A stretch of DNA of 64,000 bases from Trichormus sp. ATA11-4-KO1 (GCA_019358915.1 JAHHIM010000002.1:126308-190307); one strand, 5' to 3'. Positions 52,162-62,261 are shown, numbered from the stretch's first letter. The notes: generated by a model from the letters alone, not told the origin. A program made the numbers and translations.

Positions 52162-52515
52162 ATGTCTCTAAATCGTGAGAAATATCAGGCACTAGCAACC
52201 TTGCTAGCACAATTACGTTCCGATACCACCTCCACCCAAGTAGATGCAGCTGCACTTCGACAAGGTGTAGCCGAGTTGCAGCAAGTGTTTCAGCAGCAGA
52301 TTGTCCCCTTGGCTGATGGAGACTCGCGAGTGCAATCTTTTCGGACTGAGATCAGTAAACAGCTGCGGCTGTTGGAAATCGATGTCATGTTTTTTCAAGG
52401 AGCGCGGCAAGCATCTACTGCCCAAGGGAGACTGAAAACCATAGGCGATCGCCTGACAACTCTTATACAATACTGTGATGCCATTCTCCAACAAAAAGCT
52501 GAGGAGGAAAAATAA
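52162..52515 (+). CDS. patD: Heterocyst frequency control protein PatD
   Basis: Helical 117-aa protein with QS..TEI.KQLRLL..D..F.Q.ARQ motif, divergent from rel as recalled for Nostocales. Confidence 0.8.
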   Translation: MSLNREKYQALATLLAQLRSDTTSTQVDAAALRQGVAELQQVFQQQIVPLADGDSRVQSFRTEISKQLRLLEIDVMFFQGARQASTAQGRLKTIGDRLTTLIQYCDAILQQKAEEEK

Positions 52516-52760
52516 CAATTGTTCACCTTTTTTGCTGGTGATCACATCATCCCATTTTTGACTGGCAATTGAAAGTTATTTTTGCAACAAGTTGAAAAAC
52601 AGTAAAGGTGGGGAGGGGTGACTGCTGCTTTCTTGATTTGAAAAACTTTTCATGAAGATAACTTTTAATTATATTTAATCTAAATAAGCAGTTTGGTAAA
52701 AATCTCTTGTAAAGATTAGTCAGAGAATCTTTGAATAAAATGTTTGAGTAATTCGTATTA

Positions 52761-53546
52761 ATGAAAACAGACGCAATTTTTTACGAGATATTTAAAGAAT
52801 TTCCGCATATTTTCTTTGAAATTATTGGTGAACCTGATACTAACACCGATATTTATAGCTTTACTGCACCAGAAATTAAACAAAAAAGCTTTCGCTTAGA
52901 TGGAGTATTTTCTCCGCTTGAAGAGTTTCATCAGGAACCACTGTACTTTGTAGAAATTCAGTTTTACAAAGATGATGAATTTTATGATCGACTGTTTACA
53001 AGTATTTTCCTTTACTTCACCCAATATCAGCCGCCTAACCCTGACTGGTTGGCAATAGTTATCTATGACAAACGTAGCAATGAACGTAGCTATCCCCTAC
53101 GTTATCGTTGCTTGTTGAAACCTCATTTACGTCGCTTTTACCTAGATGAACTTGCAGATGTCCCAGATGATTCTCTGGGAGTAGGAATTGTCCGTTTAAT
53201 TGTAGAGAATGAAAACAAAGTCGGAGAATACGCCAAAACCCTAATTGACAAAGCTCAGGAAGAATTAACAGACACTCTTAGCCAAAGAAAAGTTATAGAA
53301 TTTATAGAGACAATTGTCGTCTACAAGTTTCCTAATTTAAGCCACGAGGAAATAGAAGCCATGCTAAATTTAAACCTCCTGAAAAATACTAAAGTTTATC
53401 AAGAAGCTAAAGCAGAAGGTAAAGCAGAAGGTGAACTAGAAACTAAGTTAAAGATTTTGCCAAAGCTTGTGCAACGGGGACTCAGCATTCAGGAAATCGC
53501 AGAATTATTAGAATTGGATACTGAGGTAATTAGAAAAGCTTTGTGA
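52761..53546 (+). CDS. Rpn family recombination-promoting nuclease / putative transposase (DUF2887)
   Basis: MKTD.IFY, EIKQ..FRLDGVF, YFVEIQF, ETIVVYKFP, EAKAEGKAEG repeats, GLS..EIA. Confidence 0.9.
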   Translation: MKTDAIFYEIFKEFPHIFFEIIGEPDTNTDIYSFTAPEIKQKSFRLDGVFSPLEEFHQEPLYFVEIQFYKDDEFYDRLFTSIFLYFTQYQPPNPDWLAIVIYDKRSNERSYPLRYRCLLKPHLRRFYLDELADVPDDSLGVGIVRLIVENENKVGEYAKTLIDKAQEELTDTLSQRKVIEFIETIVVYKFPNLSHEEIEAMLNLNLLKNTKVYQEAKAEGKAEGELETKLKILPKLVQRGLSIQEIAELLELDTEVIRKAL

Positions 53547-53685
53547 GATGAATCTTAAACTTAATTATTTGCAGCTGATTCGGTTCGCGATCGCCTGGTA
53601 AATATTTGCCCACTATTGCTAATCTGATAGACTAGCTTAAATTTAAAATTATCCCAACTGGTGGCTCAGGGCTGATAACTAAACT

Positions 53686-55335
53686 ATGAGTGAAGCCTTA
53701 TTTTGTATTGAAAATTTGCGAGTTGCTTATCCTCAGCACGATGCAGCAGCAACAAACTGGGCAATAGATGATGTTTCTTTTACCTTACAACGCGGTGAGA
53801 GAATGGGATTGGTGGGGGAATCTGGTTGTGGTAAGTCTACCTTAGGAAGGGCTGCAATGCGCTTGTTACCCTCGTCTAGTCGGATTGAAGGACGGGTGAC
53901 ATTTCAAGGACAGTCTGTGTTTAATTTAATGCCTAACCAGTTGCGGAAATTTCGGGGAGAGGCAGTGGCGTTGATTTTTCAAGATCCCATGACACGCCTT
54001 GATCCATTGATGACAATTGGTAAACATTGCATTGAAACTCTTCAGGCGCACTCACCGGAATTATCAGCGCGGGAAGCCAAAGAAAAAGCGATCGCCACTT
54101 TGGCAAAAGTGAATATTCCGGAAAGTCGTTGGTCTCAGTATCCTCATGAGTTTAGCGGCGGAATGCGGCAACGAGTAGCGATCGCCTTGGCTTTACTTCT
54201 CAACCCCAAGTTAATTGTGGCTGATGAACCCACCACCAGTTTAGATGTCACAGTTTCCGCGCAGATTTTACAAGAATTAACGCGGCTGTGCAGTGAGGAA
54301 AATATGGCGCTGCTGTTGATTTCTCACGATTTGGCAATGGTGGGTGAGTATTGCGATCGCATTGGTGTGATGTATAACGGCAAAATGGTAGAAATGGGTG
54401 CTACCGAATCTGTATTTAGACAACCCCAGCACGAATACACGCGATCGCTATTAAAAGCAGCTTTGCATATTCAAGCAGTTGATCAGGGGAGTGGGGAAGG
54501 TGGAAGTGAGGAAGTTTCTTCACAGTACCCAATATTGCGGGTTACGGAACTCAAGCAACACTACACTATAGAACCGAACTTTGTCGAAAGATTATTTAAA
54601 GGACAAGGACAAACAATTAAAGCCGTAGATGGGATCAACCTCGAACTGTATCGAGGGGAAATTTTCGGCTTAGTTGGCGAGTCAGGTTGCGGTAAGAGTA
54701 CCCTGTCCAGGACAATATTGCAACTCGTGCGTCCCACATCTGGCAAAGTCGAATTTTTAGGACAGGATTTGACTACATTATCGCGTCAAGCAATTCGTTC
54801 TTCACGACGAGAAATGCAAATGATTTTTCAAGACCCCCATGCATGTCTGAATCCAGCGATGACAGTGGGACAAAGCATAGCTGATCCGTTATTTATTCAC
54901 AATCTTGCTGATACGGCTAAAGCAAAAGAAAAAGTTTTGTGGATGCTGGAGAAAGTGGGATTAACACCGCCAGAAATGTATTATCAGCGTTACCCATCGG
55001 ATTTATCTGGAGGACAACAGCAAAGAGTAGCCATAGCTCGTGCTTTGATTACTCGTCCCAAACTTTTAATCTGCGATGAACCCGTGAGTATGTTAGATGC
55101 TAGTGTACAGTCGCAAGTCCTGGATTTGATGTTGGCATTAAAGGCAGAATTTGAGTTAACATACTTGTTTATTACTCATGACTTGTGGTTAGCACGGTTT
55201 TTGTGCGATCGCATCGCTGTGATGAATAGTGGCAAAATTGTGGAAATTGGCCTCACAAAACAAATTTTTGCCAATCCTCAACACCCTTACACTAAAACAT
55301 TACTAGCAGCAGCTCCCTTGCTAGCACGAAGCTAG
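53686..55335 (+). CDS. Peptide/nickel ABC transporter ATP-binding protein with two ATPase domains
   Basis: Two GESGCGKST Walker A motifs, FSGGMRQR / LSGGQQQR, DEP, HPYT. Confidence 0.93.
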   Translation: MSEALFCIENLRVAYPQHDAAATNWAIDDVSFTLQRGERMGLVGESGCGKSTLGRAAMRLLPSSSRIEGRVTFQGQSVFNLMPNQLRKFRGEAVALIFQDPMTRLDPLMTIGKHCIETLQAHSPELSAREAKEKAIATLAKVNIPESRWSQYPHEFSGGMRQRVAIALALLLNPKLIVADEPTTSLDVTVSAQILQELTRLCSEENMALLLISHDLAMVGEYCDRIGVMYNGKMVEMGATESVFRQPQHEYTRSLLKAALHIQAVDQGSGEGGSEEVSSQYPILRVTELKQHYTIEPNFVERLFKGQGQTIKAVDGINLELYRGEIFGLVGESGCGKSTLSRTILQLVRPTSGKVEFLGQDLTTLSRQAIRSSRREMQMIFQDPHACLNPAMTVGQSIADPLFIHNLADTAKAKEKVLWMLEKVGLTPPEMYYQRYPSDLSGGQQQRVAIARALITRPKLLICDEPVSMLDASVQSQVLDLMLALKAEFELTYLFITHDLWLARFLCDRIAVMNSGKIVEIGLTKQIFANPQHPYTKTLLAAAPLLARS

Positions 55336-55370
55336 TGGGAGGCTGATATCTTACACCTACCCCATATCCT

Positions 55371-55528
55371 GCCAAGAAATAAATTCCTTGGCTAATAGCT
55401 CAAGTCCACTTTAGTGGACTAAAATCTTGACTCCTCTTCTTCTTAATCAGCACTCTTCACTACACCAAGGGTTTAGTCATCTTTAGATGACTTTTGCTAT
55501 GCAGCCCTATGTTTCTCACCTATGGCGG
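55371..55528. repeat. REP-like palindromic element
   Basis: GCCAAGAAATAAATTCCTTGGC, AGTCCACTTTAGTGGACT and AGTCATCTTTAGATGACT hairpins. Confidence 0.6.
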
Positions 55529-55554
55529 TTTTTGATGCTGGTGCAAGATATAAC

Positions 55555-56472
55555 TTAATGATTTCCTTCAATCATTTTAGTCGTGGCTCCACTTGTACCA
55601 TATAGTTCCACAAATCTTTTAAAAAGCAACATATTTGCGTTGTTGGAAAACATACTTAATTTAAATAAGCGCTCTACATTTACTTCAGCCAATTTACGTA
55701 GATAAGGTAAATCTTCAAAAAGTGTTAAACAAGAAGCAAAATGTAACACAATTTGCAGTAATGGCTTAGGCCAATCTAGGTCACTGTAAATATCTATAAA
55801 TAATTGATGCTCTTTCTCAGTTAAAGGGAAAGTCTGAAAGATGACAATTATTCTTTTGTTATTGTAAACCGGGATACTTAATTCAATTGTATAGGGAGTA
55901 TGTAGGATTAAATCTACTTCCACAATCGGTTGTCTCCAAATTCTTAGAGGATTGACTGGAGAATCTAAAATTGTCTGAAATTTGATGATACCGCCGATGC
56001 TTGTTGGCTGGAAATAGCTAATATTCAATATTTTTAGGTTATTCAGGCTTAAACCATGAACAGTTTCTAAATGTTTTAAATTCAATAGATGATAGATTTG
56101 GCACAGGTAAGGAAAAGGTAAAATATACTCCTGGCTGATCATGTGCCTTTTCTTCAACGCCAGCTTGTTTGCTTGAATTGGGCATAAGCATCCTTGATCT
56201 TGGTTATTTTCCATTTCAGGTTTTAAATACAGCCAGCTTACAAAAAAGAAGGATGTAGTCAAAAGCTGGAAAACTTCCATAGTAGATAAATAACCATCAG
56301 CAAATGCCGCCCAACTCCTATCGGTTATGCCAAAAATCCAAGATGGAATCCCAAATAGCCAAACACCAGTCCTCAATTTACTGATAAATTGAGTAAACTC
56401 TAAGTTTAAAGTTAAATTTTTATCATTATTCTCTGGAGAAATGTCATTATCTTTAACTATTTTATTAGACAT
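55555..56472 (-). CDS. Hypothetical membrane-anchored protein; C-terminal part resembles a Rieske-oxygenase catalytic domain
   Basis: N-terminal hydrophobic segments; LLNLKHLETVH (H-x4-H) and TLFEDLPYL. Confidence 0.6.
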   Translation of the reverse strand: MSNKIVKDNDISPENNDKNLTLNLEFTQFISKLRTGVWLFGIPSWIFGITDRSWAAFADGYLSTMEVFQLLTTSFFFVSWLYLKPEMENNQDQGCLCPIQANKLALKKRHMISQEYILPFPYLCQIYHLLNLKHLETVHGLSLNNLKILNISYFQPTSIGGIIKFQTILDSPVNPLRIWRQPIVEVDLILHTPYTIELSIPVYNNKRIIVIFQTFPLTEKEHQLFIDIYSDLDWPKPLLQIVLHFASCLTLFEDLPYLRKLAEVNVERLFKLSMFSNNANMLLFKRFVELYGTSGATTKMIEGNH

Positions 56473-56591
56473 AAAATCTCAACTTTAAATATATATAACT
56501 GTATTAATCATAGGTAGTGTTAATAAAACCAACCTCTACCTATAGCTGTAAATAAAATTTTGTTTTCTATATTTAAACTAAAAATATTTTT

Positions 56592-56607
56592 TGTAATTCT
56601 AGCTACA
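56592..56607. promoter_or_regulatory. Candidate NtcA box
   Basis: TGTAATTCTAGCTACA (TGTA-N8-TACA) with T and A tracts flanking. Confidence 0.6.
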
Positions 56608-57000
56608 AAAATTAAGTCAGATTCTATGTTAATTGTGGTAAAAAGCTAGGAAATACTTGTTGTTAAAAGGTTTAATGATTGGGCTGATCATGTCAAGATT
56701 GAGGGTAAAATTCCCGCCAATAATCTTGCTGGAAGAGGAGTTTAGAAATTTTTCTACTCCCAATCTCACGAAAGAGATATATACTTACTTAAATAAAAAA
56801 TATTTGTTCTTCCCAATATGAGAAATTCGTCTGTTTCTCTAGGATGAATGTTGAAAAGTCAGCTTCAGTAGTGGTAAGTGGTGAAGGATTTATAGAGTTA
56901 GCAGTGCCTGCGGCGCTGTCTTAACTCAGCACTAACTTTGGTGAAGACTGTATTATTATTAAATATTTTCTGAAGATTCCTCAAAGACGAGACGGCAGCA

Positions 57001-57501
57001 ATGAGTATCCGCCATGCGATTGAAACTGACTTGCCTGCAATAGTGGCAATTTATAATGCTGCCATTCCTAGTCGCATGGCAACTGCTGATTTAGAACCAG
57101 TATCTGTGAACAGTCGCCTTACTTGGTTTCAAGGGCGATCGCCTGCAAAACGGCCACTTTGGGTGATAGAAATAGAGGGTGTAGTTGTTGGCTGGCTGAG
57201 TTTTCAATCATTTTATGGGCGGCCAGCTTATAATTCAACCGCCGAAATTAGTATTTACATTGCCCCGTCAGTTCATCGATGTGGTTTAGGACGGCAACTC
57301 CTAGCCCAAGCAATTCGCGAAAGTCATAATTTAGGTTTAAACACGCTTTTAGGCTTTATTTTTGCCCACAATCAACCCAGTTTAAAGCTGTTTGAAACAT
57401 TCGGGTTTCAACAATGGGGACATTTGCCGAAAGTTGCCGAACTTGAAGGCGTTGAACGGGACTTAATAATTGTGGGACTGCGAGTTATGGCAAAGTGCTG
57501 A
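57001..57501 (+). CDS. GNAT acetyltransferase (phosphinothricin acetyltransferase/YncA-like)
   Basis: DLPAIVAIYN, RPAY..TAEISIYI, GLGR.LL, N..SL.LF..FGF..WG. Confidence 0.9.
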   Translation: MSIRHAIETDLPAIVAIYNAAIPSRMATADLEPVSVNSRLTWFQGRSPAKRPLWVIEIEGVVVGWLSFQSFYGRPAYNSTAEISIYIAPSVHRCGLGRQLLAQAIRESHNLGLNTLLGFIFAHNQPSLKLFETFGFQQWGHLPKVAELEGVERDLIIVGLRVMAKC

Positions 57502-57513
57502 GTGCTTTTCTAA

Positions 57514-57560
57514 GTGCTGAGTGCGCTAGCCCTGAGCGAAGTCGAAGGGGAGTGCTGAGT
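57514..57560 (+). repeat. GTGCTGA tract with CTAGCCCTGAGCGAAGTCGAAGGG insert
   Basis: Direct reading. Confidence 0.8.
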
Positions 57561-57581
57561 TAAAAGTGGTTTTCAGTTTTG

Positions 57582-58784
57582 TTAGATTTTATTTTTCTGA
57601 AACATCCGCCGTTGTTGCTTATTTTCAGACTGGTGTCTTCGCAATGGTACTACTTCAGCTTCACTACTCTCGCGGGCTACTCGAATCAACAAAGCTGCAC
57701 CTACTAAGCTAGAAATCATGGAATTACCTCCATAACTAAACATGGGTAGAGGTAAACCTGTAGTTGGTAAGGCACCTGTAGCCACACCAATATGTAGCAA
57801 TGATTGTCCAATCATCACAATTGTCACACCGATCGCTACTAATCGATTTACTTTATTCTTCGCCTTTAGTGCCACTATTAATCCTAGGGTGGCGAATAAA
57901 GCTAAAAGTAGCAAAAACACCATACTGCCAACAAAGCCAAATTCTTCGGCAAACACGGCAAAAATAAAATCGGTGTCCTGAATTGGCAGATAAAACAGCT
58001 TTTGTTGGGAAAGACCAAATCCAGCCCCCCAAGTTTTACCAGAACCCACGGCTAGTAAACTTTGTACTAGTTGATAACCATCACCTGTAGGATCTGCCCA
58101 AGGATTGAGAAACGACATTACCCGCCGACGCTGATACTCTTTTAGGCTAATACTGATTAGCGCTAATAATAGACCACCAAATGCTGTTTCTCCCAAGTAT
58201 TTGTAAGGTAATCCAGCAGCTAGGGCAATTAACCAAATAGTCATACCACAGAGTGCGGCTGTACTTAAGTTAGGTTGGGCTAGAATTCCTAGAAGTACTA
58301 GACAGAAAACACCTAACCAAGTTAAGCGCGCTAGCCAACTTAACCGTTCCCATTGTCCAAACAGTCGCGCACTTTGCAGCACCAAAAAGGGTTTAATCAG
58401 TTCCGAAGGTTGAAGTGGAATAGGCCCGATGGCTATCCAACGTGCTGCATCGAAAGCTTTTCTACCAACTCCTGGGATTAAAGTAGCAAAAATTAACGCC
58501 AAAAATAGTCCTAAAAACCAATGGGACATGCCCAAAATTTTCCGTAAAGGAAGATTCACAATCATGTTGAATCCAATCAAGGAAACTAAAACCCAAATTA
58601 GTTGGCGCTTAAAGTAGTACAGTCCATCTCCTTGACGCACGTCAGCAACAGGATAGGATGCCGAAAACAGCATGATTAATCCGACAAACAGCCAAATCAA
58701 TGTTAACCAGCGCAGTAACCGCGCCTCTAATGCCCAGCTGGAGACGGAATCATCAAAAATTGGAATCAGGTGGCGTAGATTCAC
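57582..58784 (-). CDS. ftsW: SEDS family peptidoglycan polymerase FtsW
   Basis: MLFSAS, ARWI, LQPSE.IK, QPNLS, GYQL.QS, G.G.S.QK..YLP...TDFIF...EEFG, P.TGLPLP..SYGG. Confidence 0.9.
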   Translation of the reverse strand: MNLRHLIPIFDDSVSSWALEARLLRWLTLIWLFVGLIMLFSASYPVADVRQGDGLYYFKRQLIWVLVSLIGFNMIVNLPLRKILGMSHWFLGLFLALIFATLIPGVGRKAFDAARWIAIGPIPLQPSELIKPFLVLQSARLFGQWERLSWLARLTWLGVFCLVLLGILAQPNLSTAALCGMTIWLIALAAGLPYKYLGETAFGGLLLALISISLKEYQRRRVMSFLNPWADPTGDGYQLVQSLLAVGSGKTWGAGFGLSQQKLFYLPIQDTDFIFAVFAEEFGFVGSMVFLLLLALFATLGLIVALKAKNKVNRLVAIGVTIVMIGQSLLHIGVATGALPTTGLPLPMFSYGGNSMISSLVGAALLIRVARESSEAEVVPLRRHQSENKQQRRMFQKNKI

Positions 58785-58838
58785 GATTCAGTACAGGTAA
58801 AAAGTTAGTAGTTAAAAGTGAGAAATAAAATTCATAAC

Positions 58839-59834
58839 TCACAACTTATAACTCATAATCTGATTCACTGCTTGCACAGCACCGTTAACATAGGCTGACA
58901 CAGAGGAACTTTGTGCGGTTTTTACTTGGTTGAGCAGTATTCTTACAGTGGTAACTGCTTCCTCAATATTTCTTACCCAGTAGGCTTTGCCAGCTCTTTT
59001 GCTTTGGCGATCGTACAGTCGATGAAAAGCTAATGCTACTAAAGGTACACCCACTGCGGCACATTCGTAAACTGTGTTGTATCCAGCCCCACCTACAACT
59101 ACATCAGCTGCGGCTAGGCATTCAATACCCGGATGGTGAGATACCCATAAAGCCTCTGGAAAATCTACCGGACAATCAGGGGCTAAAATTCTCACTGCAC
59201 ATTTAGGAAAATCTTGATGTAGTCGCAGCGCTATTTGAGCAAAAATACTTAATTCTGATGTTTGACCGGTGGCACAAACAAGGATAGTTTTGATAGATGC
59301 ATCAACTTTGAGGATACGCGATCGCATGGTAATTTTATCTGGTAATTCCCCCGCATGACGAATCAACCAAGGTGCGGTATGCTGTACACCAGGCAAATCA
59401 CACAAACCTAAATCTGTACCTTCTCCTGGTACAATCACCGCAGCAAAATTTTCCGCAACAAAAGACCGCAAACCCTTGGCAGTAATATAGCGCGGGTTAA
59501 TATCGCGATGAATTAAAATCCGGGGTATTGGATATAACTCAGGTAAAATGTCTGCCAACTCACCCCCCAAACCTCTAGGAAAGGTATCAATAATCAAGCA
59601 ATCATAATGAGTATTCAGTAAAATTTCCCGTACTTGGATACAAGTTGCCGAAAACCCATTATTATCGGGAATCCAATGCACTAAGCAACCCTCATGATTT
59701 ATTTGCTGTGCATAGGGACTATTTGTAATAATTCTGACTTTTCTGTGATTTGCGGCAATTCTTCCCAGAGATAAAGCGCGAGTTAAATGTCCCCAACCAC
59801 CACCAAGGGCGTAAATTAACCAAGTTTTATTCAA
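58839..59834 (-). CDS. Predicted GT-B glycosyltransferase (MurG/GT28-like)
   Basis: ALGGGWGHLTRA, IIDTFPRG..GEL, ADVVVGGAGYNTVYE....GVP. Confidence 0.7.
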   Translation of the reverse strand: MNKTWLIYALGGGWGHLTRALSLGRIAANHRKVRIITNSPYAQQINHEGCLVHWIPDNNGFSATCIQVREILLNTHYDCLIIDTFPRGLGGELADILPELYPIPRILIHRDINPRYITAKGLRSFVAENFAAVIVPGEGTDLGLCDLPGVQHTAPWLIRHAGELPDKITMRSRILKVDASIKTILVCATGQTSELSIFAQIALRLHQDFPKCAVRILAPDCPVDFPEALWVSHHPGIECLAAADVVVGGAGYNTVYECAAVGVPLVALAFHRLYDRQSKRAGKAYWVRNIEEAVTTVRILLNQVKTAQSSSVSAYVNGAVQAVNQIMSYKL

Positions 59835-59896
59835 GATCCAAAAATCTTAATACTGAAAATTTTTACAACAGCTGAATTATCCCTGTTTCCTTTCAT

Positions 59897-60505
59897 TTAA
59901 CTTGCTCCCATATTGCTTTCAAAATCAGCATCACTTTCATGTTCTAAACTTACAGAATCAGCTTCTGTAAAGTTAACACTGCCTGTATTGGAGTCGTAGA
60001 AATAGCAATCACGGTTATCATAATAATTATTACCCCAATAACCAGGACGATAATTACCGTATCCGGTATAAAAGGCATAGTCTTCTGCGTATGACTGATG
60101 ACAATAGGGGCAGTCTGTTTGATCTGTGCGATCGCAGCGTCGTTTGAACAGGAAACCTACCATGCGATCGCATATATTTGCTACTACCAAGTTTACTACA
60201 ATTTCACAGCTACCAATTTGAATGCGATCGCCATTTTTTAAGCTGCTATTAGTCACCTGCAAGCCATTGATTTTTACACCGCTATTTGTATTCTGAGCAA
60301 TAATCATTAACTCTTGATTTTGCCAGTCAATCAAAGCATGATAATCTGCAATTAAATCATCTTGAATTACCACTCTCGAAACTCTTTCTCCATTAATTTC
60401 TTGTGGCATTTGCTGAAATTTCCGCCCAATTACCACTGGTGTTTCTAATAATGGTTCTCGACATTCTTCTGTATTTGGATCTATCCAAGTTAGCTGAATC
60501 TGCAA
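59897..60505 (-). CDS. FHA-domain protein with 4-Cys motif and Tyr/acidic tail
   Basis: VVIGR...IADYHALI...SGVKING...LKNGDRIQIG; C-x11-C-x7-CPYC; GTG start 3 nt after the upstream stop. Confidence 0.75.
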   Translation of the reverse strand: MQIQLTWIDPNTEECREPLLETPVVIGRKFQQMPQEINGERVSRVVIQDDLIADYHALIDWQNQELMIIAQNTNSGVKINGLQVTNSSLKNGDRIQIGSCEIVVNLVVANICDRMVGFLFKRRCDRTDQTDCPYCHQSYAEDYAFYTGYGNYRPGYWGNNYYDNRDCYFYDSNTGSVNFTEADSVSLEHESDADFESNMGAS

Positions 60506-60508
60506 CTT

Positions 60509-61171
60509 TTATTGTCCTCCTGTTAAATTTACTGCATAAGCTAAAGCCGCTTGTTGTTCGCGGGTGAGAACGTCTAATCCAAAGCAAGTAAATGCAATGG
60601 GTGATATTTCTGATTTTGTAGAAAAAACCGTATTTGCAGATGCATTTCTTAAAGAAGTTTTACCTGCTTTAATCCTCACCTGATAAACTAACTTTTTGTC
60701 TGGTGTCTCAATTCCCCAGCCATCCTTACGTGTCTTAATTTGATAAATTTCTTTCTTGGCGGCATTTTCTAGTTGATAATTACCGTCATTCTGCCGTCTG
60801 AGAATATATAAATCTTGGCTTTGTTCAGGGTTTTCCAGCTTCCAATAGCCTTTTGCCGTTACTACATAACCCAAAACTTTATCTGAAGCATTTTTAATTT
60901 TAATTTTTCCTGATTTATCAGCTTTAATTCTGGCTAATTCTTGGTCATTACCATCGACTAATTTAGCGCCATCAGCTTGCTGTTTTAGGGCAAATAAATC
61001 TGAGCCTCCCTCTGTTTTAAACTTAATTTTATCAGTGCGATCAGCAACATTAGTCGCTGTAACTGTTGTTGGCGAAACATTCTCTTTAGATAACTCAATT
61101 TCAGTTTTGTTATTACTACATCCTAAAAGTGCAGTAATTAAAAACCCTAAAACTAAAACTTTCCCAATCAT
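60509..61171 (-). CDS. Hypothetical lipoprotein
   Basis: Lipobox ALLGC; beta-rich repetitive body. Confidence 0.75.
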   Translation of the reverse strand: MIGKVLVLGFLITALLGCSNNKTEIELSKENVSPTTVTATNVADRTDKIKFKTEGGSDLFALKQQADGAKLVDGNDQELARIKADKSGKIKIKNASDKVLGYVVTAKGYWKLENPEQSQDLYILRRQNDGNYQLENAAKKEIYQIKTRKDGWGIETPDKKLVYQVRIKAGKTSLRNASANTVFSTKSEISPIAFTCFGLDVLTREQQAALAYAVNLTGGQ

Positions 61172-61176
61172 GTTTT

Positions 61177-62097
61177 TTATACTGTTTCTTTAGAAAGCAT
61201 TTTTGCCAAATTAAGTACTTGATAAAGACTCAAAAACATCGCGACAATGGTTTGATAAATTTTTTCTTGACTCTCTGCAACATTTGGCTCAATTCTCACT
61301 GTTAAATGTATGGCTTTATCTGTAACTTTTAAACTTCTCACAGCAGCTAACTTGGGTAGCTTTATTGCTGCACTAACTTCATTTTTTAAAACTTTAACTG
61401 CTCCGTAGCGGCGCTGGGGATAGATTAAGCTTAAGTTCACATCCAACCCTACAAGTTTAACTTTAGATTTATGCTTACTTTTACCACTACTACTACGTTT
61501 CCAACCGTATTGCCTTTTGGATAATCCAGTTACAGTTAATGCAAAGCGAGTTCTATCTAAAAACTTTCCTTGAATGTTTAACCATTGATTTTGATAAATA
61601 TCTATTTTCCATCCCGCTTTGTAAGGATGCGGTATAGTATCTACTTTATGCTCATTTATCTCATTTTTTTGAAATGATAATTTCATATAGACTAGAGTCA
61701 TTTTATCTATATCTCTAGCCAGCATTTTTAGGATTTTTTCTGTGACTTCATATCGATAGTTAATAATATTTAATCTGCTAAATTTATATCTCATTATCAA
61801 GGCATAAATCCAGGCTATTATTAAACCAATAAACCCTAAGTTTAGCAAGCCAATAACTACACTTACCAACCCTGAAGCTATGCCAGAACCAGATATGATA
61901 AAATTCAGTACGCCTAAGGTTACTGCTCCTAAAAAATAGTAAAGTGCTATTTTGCCATATTTCTTTTTTCTAAGTTCTGAAAGTTGAGAAAGTGTTGCTA
62001 AATCATCTAAATCAGTTGTAATACTAGCAAATAATTCTGTCGTTTCATAAATTAATTGCTTACGAAATTGTTGTAATTCAATAGGCATATTATCCAA
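61177..62097 (-). CDS. Hypothetical membrane protein
   Basis: Two TM helices near the N-terminus; basic KRSSSGKSKHKSKVK segment. Confidence 0.75.
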   Translation of the reverse strand: MDNMPIELQQFRKQLIYETTELFASITTDLDDLATLSQLSELRKKKYGKIALYYFLGAVTLGVLNFIISGSGIASGLVSVVIGLLNLGFIGLIIAWIYALIMRYKFSRLNIINYRYEVTEKILKMLARDIDKMTLVYMKLSFQKNEINEHKVDTIPHPYKAGWKIDIYQNQWLNIQGKFLDRTRFALTVTGLSKRQYGWKRSSSGKSKHKSKVKLVGLDVNLSLIYPQRRYGAVKVLKNEVSAAIKLPKLAAVRSLKVTDKAIHLTVRIEPNVAESQEKIYQTIVAMFLSLYQVLNLAKMLSKETV

Positions 62098-62261
62098 GCT
62101 CCATCAACTCAATTAAATTCCATATTTTTGTAGATTTTTATTAATTTTATTTAAATTAGTTTTAAACTGAGTTTTGCCAAAATATATTAGATGAAACCAA
62201 TATAAATCGCCGTCAGTATAACAAACCCAAAATTAAGTGTCAACGCAATATATAAATATTT

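Noticed and set aside
56896..56928. Hairpin GAGTTAGCAGTGCC-TGC-GGCGCTGTCTTAACTC upstream of the GNAT gene as a riboswitch
   Set aside because: No match to a riboswitch family I recognise; adjacent CTCAGCA suggests a repeat-derived origin
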